A stretch of DNA of 64,000 bases from Sphingorhabdus sp. (lineage in GTDB: Bacteria > Pseudomonadota > Alphaproteobacteria > Sphingomonadales > Sphingomonadaceae): positions 353 through 64,352 of the forward strand of contig NZ_DAOLHN010000011.1 in assembly GCF_035329025.1 (NCBI RefSeq), read 5' to 3'. A program made the position numbers and the translations under genes. How positions within the stretch are numbered: the first letter of the stretch is position 1; every line of letters begins with the position of its first letter. Shown one piece after another: positions 17,664-26,695 of the stretch. The notes below the pieces were generated by a model. The model saw only the letters and a list, made by a program, of their open reading frames with translations, had not been told where the DNA came from and ran no database searches.

Positions 17664-18926
17664 TCAGATGGCCTTTACGATAAGGCTGGCATTGGTGCCG
17701 CCGAAACCGAAACTGTTGTTGAGCGCCGCCTTGACCTCCCGCTTCCGGGCAACATGCGGAACAAGATCGACGCCCTCGGTGCCTTCGTCAGGATTGTCGA
17801 GGTTCAGAGTCGGCGGCACGATCTGGTCGCGGATTGCGAGGATACAGAAGATCGCCTCAACCGCGCCGGCGCCGCCTAAAAGATGGCCGATCGCCGATTT
17901 GGTGCTGCTCATCGATGCGCCGCTCAGATCATCTCCAAGCACACGCTTCACCGCGGCGAGCTCGATCGTGTCGGCCATGGTCGAAGTGCCGTGCGCGTTG
18001 ACATAGTCAATGTCGCCAGCCTCAAGCCCTGCCTTGCGCAGCGCCATTCGCATGGCGAGTTCCGCACCCTTGCCTTCAGGATGCGGCGCCGTGACGTGAT
18101 AGGCATCGCCCGAAAGGCCATAGCCAATCACTTCGGCATAGATTTTTGCGCCGCGCGCCTTGGCATGCTCATATTCCTCAAGCACCACCACGCCTGCACC
18201 TTCACCCATCACAAAGCCATCGCGGTCCTTGTCATAGGGGCGGCTGGCCTGTTCAGGACGATCATTGAAACTTGAATTGAGCGCGCGCGCCTGGGCAAAG
18301 CCGGCAACGCCCAGCGGGTTGATGGTGCTTTCGGCACCACCTGCCAACATGATATCGGCATCGCCATCCTTGATCATCCGCGCGGCATCGCCAATCGAAT
18401 GCGCGCCGGTCGAGCAGGCGGTCACCACGGCATGGTTCGGGCCCATCAGGCCATATTTGATCGAAACCTGACCTGAGATCAGGTTGATCAGGCGCCCGTG
18501 TACGAAGTGCGGCGAAACGCGGCCCGGGCCTTTTTCGTGGAGCACGATTGATTCGCTCTCAATACCCGGCAGGCCGCCAATGCCCGAACCAATCGAGCAT
18601 CCGGTGCGAGTTTTCAGGTCATCATCCATATCGGTGAGACCGGCATCTTCGAGCGCCTGTCCGGCAGCGTCGATGCCATAGACGATGAACGGATCGACCT
18701 GACGCTGGATCTTGTGATCGACACGCTTGTCGGGATCGAAACCCCAGGGATGGTCCTTGGGCTTTACTTCGCAAGCGATATGGCATTTCTGGCCACCGGC
18801 TTCTGCGTCGAAGCGGGTGATTTTCCCCGCGCCCGATCTTGATGCCAATAGGTTCGCCCAAGTCGTTTCAACATCGCCACCAAGCGGCGTAACCAGACCC
18901 AGACCCGTAACTACAACCCGACGCAT
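17664..18926 (-). CDS. fabF: Beta-ketoacyl-ACP synthase II
   Basis: RRVVVTGLG, TACSTG, NAHGTST, GHLLG, NSFGFGG. Confidence 0.97.
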   Translation of the reverse strand: MRRVVVTGLGLVTPLGGDVETTWANLLASRSGAGKITRFDAEAGGQKCHIACEVKPKDHPWGFDPDKRVDHKIQRQVDPFIVYGIDAAGQALEDAGLTDMDDDLKTRTGCSIGSGIGGLPGIESESIVLHEKGPGRVSPHFVHGRLINLISGQVSIKYGLMGPNHAVVTACSTGAHSIGDAARMIKDGDADIMLAGGAESTINPLGVAGFAQARALNSSFNDRPEQASRPYDKDRDGFVMGEGAGVVVLEEYEHAKARGAKIYAEVIGYGLSGDAYHVTAPHPEGKGAELAMRMALRKAGLEAGDIDYVNAHGTSTMADTIELAAVKRVLGDDLSGASMSSTKSAIGHLLGGAGAVEAIFCILAIRDQIVPPTLNLDNPDEGTEGVDLVPHVARKREVKAALNNSFGFGGTNASLIVKAI

Positions 18927-18979
18927 GTGACGCTCTCCATCGTGCAATTGGTTCGCGCCCATTAAGGCGAGCGCGTACA

Positions 18980-19026
18980 AAAAAGCAAACGGCTTTCCAG
19001 CAGGTTCACGCCTGTCCGGAAAGCCG
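18980..19026 (-). terminator. Rho-independent terminator candidate after acpP
   Basis: cggctttcc...ggaaagccg stem followed on the minus strand by a T-rich tract. Confidence 0.5.
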
Positions 19027-19068
19027 CCTGTAAATTTCGCTCATTCAGCTGCGCAAAGCAGCCCCAAC

Positions 19069-19302
19069 TCAGCTGTTGGCGTTGATGAAATCGATCGCGT
19101 CCTTGACGGTCGAAATCTTTTCAGCCGCATCGTCGGGGATTTCGACGTTGAATTCTTCTTCGAACGCCATCACAAGCTCGACGATGTCAAGGCTGTCTGC
19201 GCCCAGATCGTCGATGAAGCTGGCTGCTTCGGTGACCTTGTCAGCTTCAACGCCGAGATGCTCGACTACGATCTTCTTTACACGATCCGCGGTGTCGCTC
19301 AT
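19069..19302 (-). CDS. acpP: Acyl carrier protein
   Basis: [19 protein letters not shown]. Confidence 0.98.
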   Translation of the reverse strand: MSDTADRVKKIVVEHLGVEADKVTEAASFIDDLGADSLDIVELVMAFEEEFNVEIPDDAAEKISTVKDAIDFINANS

Positions 19303-19404
19303 TTTATGCCCCTTCTTGTTTGGGATTTGAATAACGAAATCCGCCCCTAATGCCCAGCAAGGCGGCTGGCAAGGGGGGAGTGCTTTTGTGGCCGACGAAG
19401 CGCG

Positions 19405-20142
19405 TCAGAGCATCGCCATCCCGCCATTCACGTGCAGTGTCTGGCCGGTGACATAGCCCGCATCTTTGGACGCCAGATAGGCGACGGCTGCGCCAATATC
19501 GCTACCCTCTCCCATGCGGCCCATCGGGATTCGCGCATTGAGCGCGTCTTTCTGCGCATCGGGTAAGACGTCTGTCATCGCGGTACGGATGAAGCCCGGG
19601 GCGACACAGTTGACGGTAACATTGCGGCTTGCGAGTTCTGCCGCCAACGCCTTGGACATGCCCACAAGGCCAGCCTTGGACGCGGCATAGTTGACTTGCC
19701 CCGGATTGCCGGTCGCGCCAACGACGCTGGTGATGGTGATGATGCGGCCAAAACGCGCCTTCATCATCGGCTTGGTCGCCGCACGCATCAGGCGGAAGGC
19801 CGCTTCGAGGTTGATCTTGATAACCTCTTCCCACTCCTCATCCTTCATGCGCATGGCAAGGTTGTCGCGGGTAACGCCGGCATTGTTGACGAGGATGTCG
19901 ATCTGGCCAAGTTTTTCGAGAGCAGCCGGAACCAGCGCTTCCACGCTGTCCTTGTCGCCAAGGTTGCACGGCACGGCAACATGGTCACCGCCAAGTGAAG
20001 CACGGAAATCCTTCAGCTTTTCGACATTGCTGCCCGATACCGCGAGACGAGCGCCCTGCCCCGCCAACGCATGGCAAATGGCACTGCCAATTCCGCCCGA
20101 AGCGCCCGTGACAAGCGCGGTCATGCCTGTAAGATCGAACAT
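19405..20142 (-). CDS. fabG: 3-oxoacyl-ACP reductase
   Basis: TGASGGIG, NNAGVTRD, NYAASK, GQTLHVNGGM. Confidence 0.97.
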   Translation of the reverse strand: MFDLTGMTALVTGASGGIGSAICHALAGQGARLAVSGSNVEKLKDFRASLGGDHVAVPCNLGDKDSVEALVPAALEKLGQIDILVNNAGVTRDNLAMRMKDEEWEEVIKINLEAAFRLMRAATKPMMKARFGRIITITSVVGATGNPGQVNYAASKAGLVGMSKALAAELASRNVTVNCVAPGFIRTAMTDVLPDAQKDALNARIPMGRMGEGSDIGAAVAYLASKDAGYVTGQTLHVNGGMAML

Positions 20143-20143
20143 C

Positions 20144-20938
20144 TTATTCTCCTGTGAAAACCGGTGTGCGCTTTTCGATGAACGCGTTGATCGCCTCATC
20201 ATTGTCGCGGGTGTTGTGCGCAAGGCTTTGCATCGCCGCTGACATTTCGAGGATGTTCTTGAGGTCCGCCATTTGCCCTTCACGCAGCAGACGCTTGGTC
20301 ATGCGCACGGCATGTGGCGGGTTGGCGGCGATCTTGGCGGCGATTTCGCGCGCTTTTGTCAGCAAGTCGGCGTCGGGAACGACGTGACTGACAAGCCCAA
20401 TTTTCAGCGCTTCCGCCGCGTCGATCATTTCGCCGGTCAGCGCCAGTTCGGTCGCGCGGCTGAAGCCGACGATGCGTGGCAGCAACCACGCCCCGCCATC
20501 GCCCGGGATGATGCCCAGCTTGACGAAGCTTTCGGCGAATTTGGCGCTCTCGGCGGCCACACGCACGTCGCACATCGTGGCTAGATCAAGCCCGGCGCCA
20601 ATCGCATGGCCGTTAACCGCCGCCACCACCGGCACCTCGAGCGCCTGGAACATTAACGGCAGGCGCTGGATGCCATATTTATAGTTGCGACGCGTTTCGA
20701 CCGGATTGCCCGAACGCAGGCCGCCGCTATCGGGGCGCATCTGCTTCAGGTCGCCCCCGGCAGAGAAAGCCGTACCTGCACCTGTCAGGATTACACAACG
20801 TACTGAAATATCCCGGTCAGCCTCTTCAAAGGCATTGCAAATCGCATCCACAACAGCGACGTCAGAAATCGGATTACGCTTTTCGGGCATGTTAAGGGTG
20901 ATCGTCAGGATCGATCCGTCACGTTCTTGCAACAGCAT
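20144..20938 (-). CDS. Crotonase/enoyl-CoA hydratase-isomerase family protein
   Basis: AFSAGGDL, AAVNGHAIGAG, LGIIPGDGG. Confidence 0.92.
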   Translation of the reverse strand: MLLQERDGSILTITLNMPEKRNPISDVAVVDAICNAFEEADRDISVRCVILTGAGTAFSAGGDLKQMRPDSGGLRSGNPVETRRNYKYGIQRLPLMFQALEVPVVAAVNGHAIGAGLDLATMCDVRVAAESAKFAESFVKLGIIPGDGGAWLLPRIVGFSRATELALTGEMIDAAEALKIGLVSHVVPDADLLTKAREIAAKIAANPPHAVRMTKRLLREGQMADLKNILEMSAAMQSLAHNTRDNDEAINAFIEKRTPVFTGE

Positions 20939-20941
20939 GGA

Positions 20942-21880
20942 TTAAAGCTCCTTCAGGGCGGCTTCGATGTCGTCCATCGAAATGATACTGGTGGTAGCAA
21001 CCTCGTCACCTGCGCTGCGCTTCACCATCGGCGAGAGCACTTTGCCGCCAAATTCGAAGAAATGGCTGACGCCGGCGTCACGCATCGCAATCGCTGATTC
21101 GCGCCAGCGGACGCGGCCGGTGACCTGTTCGACGAGCAGTTTGCGGATTTCATCGGGCTCGGAAACCGGTGCTGCCAGCACATTGGCAAAAACCGGTACA
21201 TAAGGCGCATTGATCGCCGTCTGCGCCAGTGCATCGGCCATGCGGTCGGCGGCGGGCTGCATGAGCGGGCAATGGAAAGGTGCGGATACCGGCAGGAGGA
21301 TGCCGCGTTTGATGCCATGATCCTTGACCAGCTCCACCGCGCGATCAATCGCGCCCTTATGGCCGGAAATCACGACCTGCGTCGGGTCATTGTCATTGGC
21401 AACGGTGCAGGTCTCTCCGTTCGCCGCAGCAGCTGCGAGTGCCTCCGCTTTTTCAATATCGGCACCGAGCAAGGCTGCCATCGCGCCGGCGCCCACCGGG
21501 ACCGCCGCCTGCATCGCCTGCCCGCGCAGCTTTAGCAGCTTGGCGGTCGTCGCCAGATCGAAAGCACCGGCAGCACAGAGCGCCGTATATTCGCCAAGGC
21601 TATGGCCTGCAACGAAACTGGCCTCATCGGAGAGCTTCACGCCGCCTTCCTTCTCCAGCACGCGCAACGTGGCGATCGCATTAGCCATGATTGCGGGCTG
21701 GGCATTTTCGGTGAGCGTCAGGTCGGCCTCCGGACCTTCGCACATCAGCTTGAACAGGCTTTGTCCTAGGGCGTCGTCAACCTCTTGGAAAACCGCGCGC
21801 GCAACCGCACTTGCCTCGGCCAGCGCCTTGCCCATGCCGACAGCCTGGCTGCCTTGCCCCGGAAAGATGAATGCCCGCAT
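20942..21880 (-). CDS. fabD: Malonyl CoA-ACP transacylase
   Basis: FPGQGSQ, GHSLGEY, SAPFH. Confidence 0.97.
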   Translation of the reverse strand: MRAFIFPGQGSQAVGMGKALAEASAVARAVFQEVDDALGQSLFKLMCEGPEADLTLTENAQPAIMANAIATLRVLEKEGGVKLSDEASFVAGHSLGEYTALCAAGAFDLATTAKLLKLRGQAMQAAVPVGAGAMAALLGADIEKAEALAAAAANGETCTVANDNDPTQVVISGHKGAIDRAVELVKDHGIKRGILLPVSAPFHCPLMQPAADRMADALAQTAINAPYVPVFANVLAAPVSEPDEIRKLLVEQVTGRVRWRESAIAMRDAGVSHFFEFGGKVLSPMVKRSAGDEVATTSIISMDDIEAALKEL

Positions 21881-21955
21881 GTTCGCTCCCTTATGCATCT
21901 TGTCGTTTCCAGCCGCCTATGGCGGGAAAGCCCGTGATGCAAGCAAGAGTGCGCG

Positions 21956-23041
21956 TCAGGGGATGATAGTTGTGAACAAATAGACCCCGAAAATGACAAG
22001 GTGGACGACGCCTTGCAGGATTGTCGTCTTGCCGGTCGCGAGGGCTTGCGCGCTGACCAGCAGCGTCAGCATCAGCAGCACCATCGACTTGCTGTCGAGC
22101 CCCAGCGCAATCGGCATCGCCATCGCAATGGAAAGCGCCGCAACGGCGGGGATGGTCAGTCCGATCGTCGCCAAGGCTGAACCGAGCGCGAGGTTAAGGC
22201 TGGTCTGCAGCCGGTTTGACAGAGTAGCGCGGACAGCAGCAACGCTTTCGGGCAAAAGCACCAGCCCGGCAATGATGACCCCGACCAGCGCGCGCGGCGC
22301 ACCCCATTCCGCCACCATCTGCTCGACCGGCGCTGCCAATTGCTTTGCGAGCAGAACCACCGCAACAAGGCAGGCCAGCAATAAGGCAAAGGAGAGAGCG
22401 GCAGCGCGCGAAGTTGGGCGTTCGGCATGTTCGTCGACATTTGCCACCTTTTCCTTGGGCGGCAGGAAATAGTCGCGGTGCCGGAAGGTCTGAACACCAA
22501 CGAAGGTCCCATAGAGGATCACCGACACAATCGCGACGAACGCCAGTTGCGAGGTTGAATAGACAGGCCCAGCTTCGGAAACGGTATAATTGGGCAGCAC
22601 CAGACTGAAGACAGTTAACGCCGACAGCGTCGCCAGCGAAGCGCTCACGCCGGTTTGCTGAAAACTCTGTTCACGGTGCCGCAATCCGCCGATCAGAAGA
22701 CAGATTCCGATAAGTCCGTTGAGAATGATCATGACCGCTGCGAACACGGTGTCGCGGGCCAGCGTCGCAGCGCCTTCTCCCGCAGCAGACATCAATGTGA
22801 TTATGAGGCCCAACTCGATAACTGTTACTGCAAGCGCCAGCACCAGCGTTCCGTAAGGCTCGCCAATCCGGTGCGCGACCAGTTCGGCATGGTGGACTGC
22901 CGCGACCACAGCGCCCGCGAGCAAAATGCCGACCAGCCCCACCGGCAGCACCGCACCGAGGCTTGCCAATACACCCAGCAATGCGAGCAGCGGAAATGTC
23001 CAAACCCAGTGCGACAGCAATTTACCAAGCGTTCCCTGCAT
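21956..23041 (-). CDS. Ca2+/H+ antiporter (ChaA/CaCA family)
   Basis: GEPYGTLVLALAVTVIE and LVLLPE alpha-repeats; about 11 TM. Confidence 0.85.
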   Translation of the reverse strand: MQGTLGKLLSHWVWTFPLLALLGVLASLGAVLPVGLVGILLAGAVVAAVHHAELVAHRIGEPYGTLVLALAVTVIELGLIITLMSAAGEGAATLARDTVFAAVMIILNGLIGICLLIGGLRHREQSFQQTGVSASLATLSALTVFSLVLPNYTVSEAGPVYSTSQLAFVAIVSVILYGTFVGVQTFRHRDYFLPPKEKVANVDEHAERPTSRAAALSFALLLACLVAVVLLAKQLAAPVEQMVAEWGAPRALVGVIIAGLVLLPESVAAVRATLSNRLQTSLNLALGSALATIGLTIPAVAALSIAMAMPIALGLDSKSMVLLMLTLLVSAQALATGKTTILQGVVHLVIFGVYLFTTIIP

Positions 23042-23213
23042 GGGGGCAATGTAGGCACAAATGACAGAAAGGAAAGGTCGGGATGCCGACTTTCCGAGCC
23101 ACGCCTTCTGATAAGCAATTGCTTAAATGCCGGTTATCAGCGGCTGTCGGATGGACGGCAGCCGCTGCTCGCTACAATTGCCCCAGTTGAAACCGCAAGC
23201 ACTGGAGCATCCT

Positions 23214-23867
23214 ATGTCCGTCATCGAACCTACAAAACGGTGGGACCCCATCGTCAAACTGACCCATTGGGGGGTCGCGTCTGCCGTCATCGCCAACGCC
23301 CTTTTCACCGAAGAAGGATCGGGTTGGCATGTCTGGGTGGGTTATGCGCTGGCTGGTCTGCTCTTGCTGCGCTGGCTGTGGGGCTTTGTCGGCACCCGCA
23401 ATGCCCGTTTTTCCGCCTTCCCCCCCAATCCGATGCGCGCCGTGCGCTACATAGTCGGAGCCCGAAAGGGCCAGCAAACACAGCATAGTTCACACAATCC
23501 GCTCGGCACGCTGATGGTATATGTCTTGTGGTCATGTCTGGCCGTCATCATCGCCAGCGGCATCGCCATGTCCGGCCCACCGCCTGCCAATCCTAATGTT
23601 CGTGAGGCTGGAGAGGCCTATGAGGCAGCTTCTTCCGAGGTGCGCGGCTATTCCGAAGAAGAAGGCGAGCAAGAGCGAGAAGAGCAGGAAGGTGGTGAAT
23701 CGAGCGAAGGTGGCGAAGAGGTTCTGGAAGAAGTCCATGAAGTCGCGGTCAATCTGCTCTATGTCCTGATCGCATTGCACATATTGGGTGTCCTGTTCGA
23801 AACAATGCGGCATGGACGTGGAACCGTGGGAGCGATGATTCCCTTTATGAACCGAAGGAAGCCATGA
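23214..23867 (+). CDS. Cytochrome b/b6 (b561-like) membrane protein with acidic loop
   Basis: WD...KLTHW, HVWVGY, HNPLG, EVHE, HILG heme-ligand pattern. Confidence 0.85.
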   Translation: MSVIEPTKRWDPIVKLTHWGVASAVIANALFTEEGSGWHVWVGYALAGLLLLRWLWGFVGTRNARFSAFPPNPMRAVRYIVGARKGQQTQHSSHNPLGTLMVYVLWSCLAVIIASGIAMSGPPPANPNVREAGEAYEAASSEVRGYSEEEGEQEREEQEGGESSEGGEEVLEEVHEVAVNLLYVLIALHILGVLFETMRHGRGTVGAMIPFMNRRKP

Positions 23868-24382
23868 CGCGAAAAGTCGACAAACCAGCGACGACCGGCC
23901 CCGCAAGGGCCGGTCTGGTCGCTGTGATTGTCGGTATTCAGGCAATCGCCGCGATCTTTTTCATCGCCGATGCCATAGGCGATCTGGCGGCAGGCGAAAT
24001 GGACTTTCACATATTGGTCGAAGCGCTGATCGCCTTTGCCTTGCTGGCAGGCGTCGGCATTGGCGCGCTGATGGCACGCCGCCTTTTGGCCGAGGCGCAG
24101 GAACGCGAACGCATATTGGCGATCGCCTCGGGCGCGCTCACCGAGCATATTCAGATGCGCTTTCGCGACTGGAAGCTGACCGATGCCGAAGCTGAAGTGG
24201 CGCTATTCGCCATCAAGGGCTGCGATGCCGCCGAGATCGCCCGGCTGCGTGGTGCGGCCCAAGGAACCGTGCGGGCCCAGCTAAGCCATGTTTACGCCAA
24301 GTCGGGCGTCGCTACCCAGGCCGAATTGGTCAGTCTGTTTATCGATGACCTGCTGCAGGTGGACTTGCGAAACCCGAACTAA
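23864..24382 (+). CDS. Membrane-anchored LuxR-type HTH regulator
   Basis: Two N-terminal TM helices; C-terminal LTDAEAEVA...EIARLRG...TVRAQLSHVYAKSG; ATGA overlap with cytochrome b gene. Confidence 0.85.
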   Translation: MTRKVDKPATTGPARAGLVAVIVGIQAIAAIFFIADAIGDLAAGEMDFHILVEALIAFALLAGVGIGALMARRLLAEAQERERILAIASGALTEHIQMRFRDWKLTDAEAEVALFAIKGCDAAEIARLRGAAQGTVRAQLSHVYAKSGVATQAELVSLFIDDLLQVDLRNPN

Positions 24383-25200
24383 CCGATAGCGCCGAACGGT
24401 ACGACCTTATTCGCGCTGTCATGCCCGATATCCGCTTCGCCCAGATAGCTGATACCGAAACGCTTACACCAGCGCCGCGCAATTTCCTCGGCCGTCTCGC
24501 CAAATGGGCGGTCATTCTCTGGTACATCGCTGACGCGGCCGAGGCGCAAGCCTGCAAGGCCGACCCCCTTCAAATGCTCTCCGACATGGAAAAAAGCGCG
24601 GTCGAAGGCATAGAGATATTCGCTGACTTCCTCGACCATCAAAACATGATCCTTAAGATCGGGCATCAGAGGTGTGCCGACGAGCATGGCGAGCGTCATC
24701 AGGTTGAAAGCCGCATATTTATGGCCTTTAAATATGTTTGATTCGAGAGACTTGGCATCACCTTTTACCAACCAGTCCAATGCTCGTTGAACAGCCTGAT
24801 CGCCACCCTCCCGACGGATATCGGTCGGCATCGGGCCGTGGACAGGCCAGCCGATACCTGCCTTATACAACGCCGCCAGCAGGTTGCCCTGATCGCTATA
24901 GCCAAGATAGCTTTTCGCTCGGGCCGGAGCCTTGAGCCGTTTCACTGCATCTTCGGCAATCCGGCAAGCGCCGTAGCCGCCGCGCACAAACCAGACGGCA
25001 TCAAATGCAGGGTCGTTGGCCAGGCGTACAAACGCTTCCAGCCGCTGCTTGTCGGTTCCTGCGAAATGACCATTTTCGACGAAGCATTGCTCATCAAAGA
25101 CCAGTTTGGCTTCGGGATGGCTTTGTGCGGACAATGCAACCACCCGCTCGGCATCCTCGCGGGTGAAGGGAGTCGAAGGCGCACAAATGCCGATCCTCAT
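24379..25200 (-). CDS. LD-carboxypeptidase (peptidase S66)
   Basis: RGGYG, GYSD, HGP, EEVSE, GH catalytic pattern. Confidence 0.9.
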   Translation of the reverse strand: MRIGICAPSTPFTREDAERVVALSAQSHPEAKLVFDEQCFVENGHFAGTDKQRLEAFVRLANDPAFDAVWFVRGGYGACRIAEDAVKRLKAPARAKSYLGYSDQGNLLAALYKAGIGWPVHGPMPTDIRREGGDQAVQRALDWLVKGDAKSLESNIFKGHKYAAFNLMTLAMLVGTPLMPDLKDHVLMVEEVSEYLYAFDRAFFHVGEHLKGVGLAGLRLGRVSDVPENDRPFGETAEEIARRWCKRFGISYLGEADIGHDSANKVVPFGAIG

Positions 25201-25255
25201 AACCCCTCTCCTTTAAGCGATTGCCAAAATTGCCCTCGCGCAATAGCGGGGCTGG

Positions 25256-26659
25256 ATGTCAAAAAACAAATCCTATTTCTTTTGCGGTATTGGCGGCTCG
25301 GGTATGTTGCCGCTGGCCAATATCGTCCGCGATGGTGGAGCAAAGGTCGCTGGTTCAGATCGCGCGCTCGACCAGGGGCGCCTCGCACCGAAGTTCGAAT
25401 GGCTGCAGAGCCTGGGTATCGACATTTTTCCGCAAGATGGCAGCGGGCTGACCAGTGGCGGCCAAATACTGATCGCATCTGCCGCAGTCGAGGACAGCGT
25501 GCCCGATGTCGCTAAGGCCAAGGAACTGGGTTGCACGCGCATGACACGTGCCGAACTGCTTGCCCAATTGTTCAATGCTGCTCCGCGCTCGGTCGCGGTT
25601 GGCGGCACCAGTGGGAAGTCGACGGTAACCGGCATGATTGGCTGGATATTGACCGACGCCGGGATGGATCCGACCATAATGAATGGCGGGGTGATGAAGA
25701 ATTTCGTCTCGGAAGGCACACCCTTCGCCAGTGCCCGTGTGGGCCATGGCGGGGTTTTTGTGTCCGAGGTCGACGAAAGCGACGGTTCGATTGCGCTTTT
25801 CCGCCCGGAAGTCGCTGTGCTCAACAATATCAGCCTTGACCACAAGTCGCTCGATGAATTGCGCCAGTTGTTCGGTGATTTCGCCAAAACAGCGAAACGC
25901 GCAATCTGGAACGCGGACGATATCGAAACCGTAGCTCTTTTGGCTCCCATGGGATTGCAGGACGCGATCAGTTTCGGCTTCACTGACCGGGCAGATGTAC
26001 GCGCAGTCGATGTTATCGAAATGCCGCTGGGCAGCCGCTTTACACTGAAAGCCAATGGCCAGAGTTGGCCCGTGACATTGCAGGTTCCAGGACGCCACAA
26101 TATCGCCAACGCCCTCGCCGCTATTGCTGCCGCGCTGGCGCTTGATGTGCCGGTCGCGCAGGCGGTCCATGGGGTGGAACGCTTTGCGGGGCTGGCCCGG
26201 CGCTTCGACATTGTCGGTATCGCAGGTGGCATCACTGTAATCGATGATTTCGGTCATAATCCGGACAAGACGGCAGCGACGCTGGCGACGCTGAAGGCTT
26301 TTCCGGGCCGCATTATCGCATTTTTCCAGCCGCACGGCTATGGCCCGATCCGGGTGATGGGCAATGAGCTGGCCGGGGTTTTTGCAAAACATCTCAACCG
26401 CGATGACTATCTGATCCTGTGCGATCCGGTCTATTTTGGCGGTACGGTCGACAAGTCGCTTGGCAGCCAGTCGATCACCGACGCCGTCGTCGCGGCGGGC
26501 AAGCAGGCAGAATATATTCCGAGCCGCGAAGACTGCGGCAACCGCATCGTCGAACTGGCGCAACCCGGCGATCGCATCGTCATCATGGGTGCGCGCGACG
26601 ATACGCTGAGCGGCTTTGCCGCCGATCTGCTGACGCGCCTTGTGAAAGCCAGTGTTTGA
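25256..26659 (+). CDS. Mur ligase, MurC/Mpl-like
   Basis: GIGGSGM, GTSGKST, EVDES, LDH, DDFGHNP, FQPH. Confidence 0.88.
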   Translation: MSKNKSYFFCGIGGSGMLPLANIVRDGGAKVAGSDRALDQGRLAPKFEWLQSLGIDIFPQDGSGLTSGGQILIASAAVEDSVPDVAKAKELGCTRMTRAELLAQLFNAAPRSVAVGGTSGKSTVTGMIGWILTDAGMDPTIMNGGVMKNFVSEGTPFASARVGHGGVFVSEVDESDGSIALFRPEVAVLNNISLDHKSLDELRQLFGDFAKTAKRAIWNADDIETVALLAPMGLQDAISFGFTDRADVRAVDVIEMPLGSRFTLKANGQSWPVTLQVPGRHNIANALAAIAAALALDVPVAQAVHGVERFAGLARRFDIVGIAGGITVIDDFGHNPDKTAATLATLKAFPGRIIAFFQPHGYGPIRVMGNELAGVFAKHLNRDDYLILCDPVYFGGTVDKSLGSQSITDAVVAAGKQAEYIPSREDCGNRIVELAQPGDRIVIMGARDDTLSGFAADLLTRLVKASV

Positions 26660-26695
26660 CTTGAACCCGTCATGCCAGTTTGCCATGGGTCGGCG

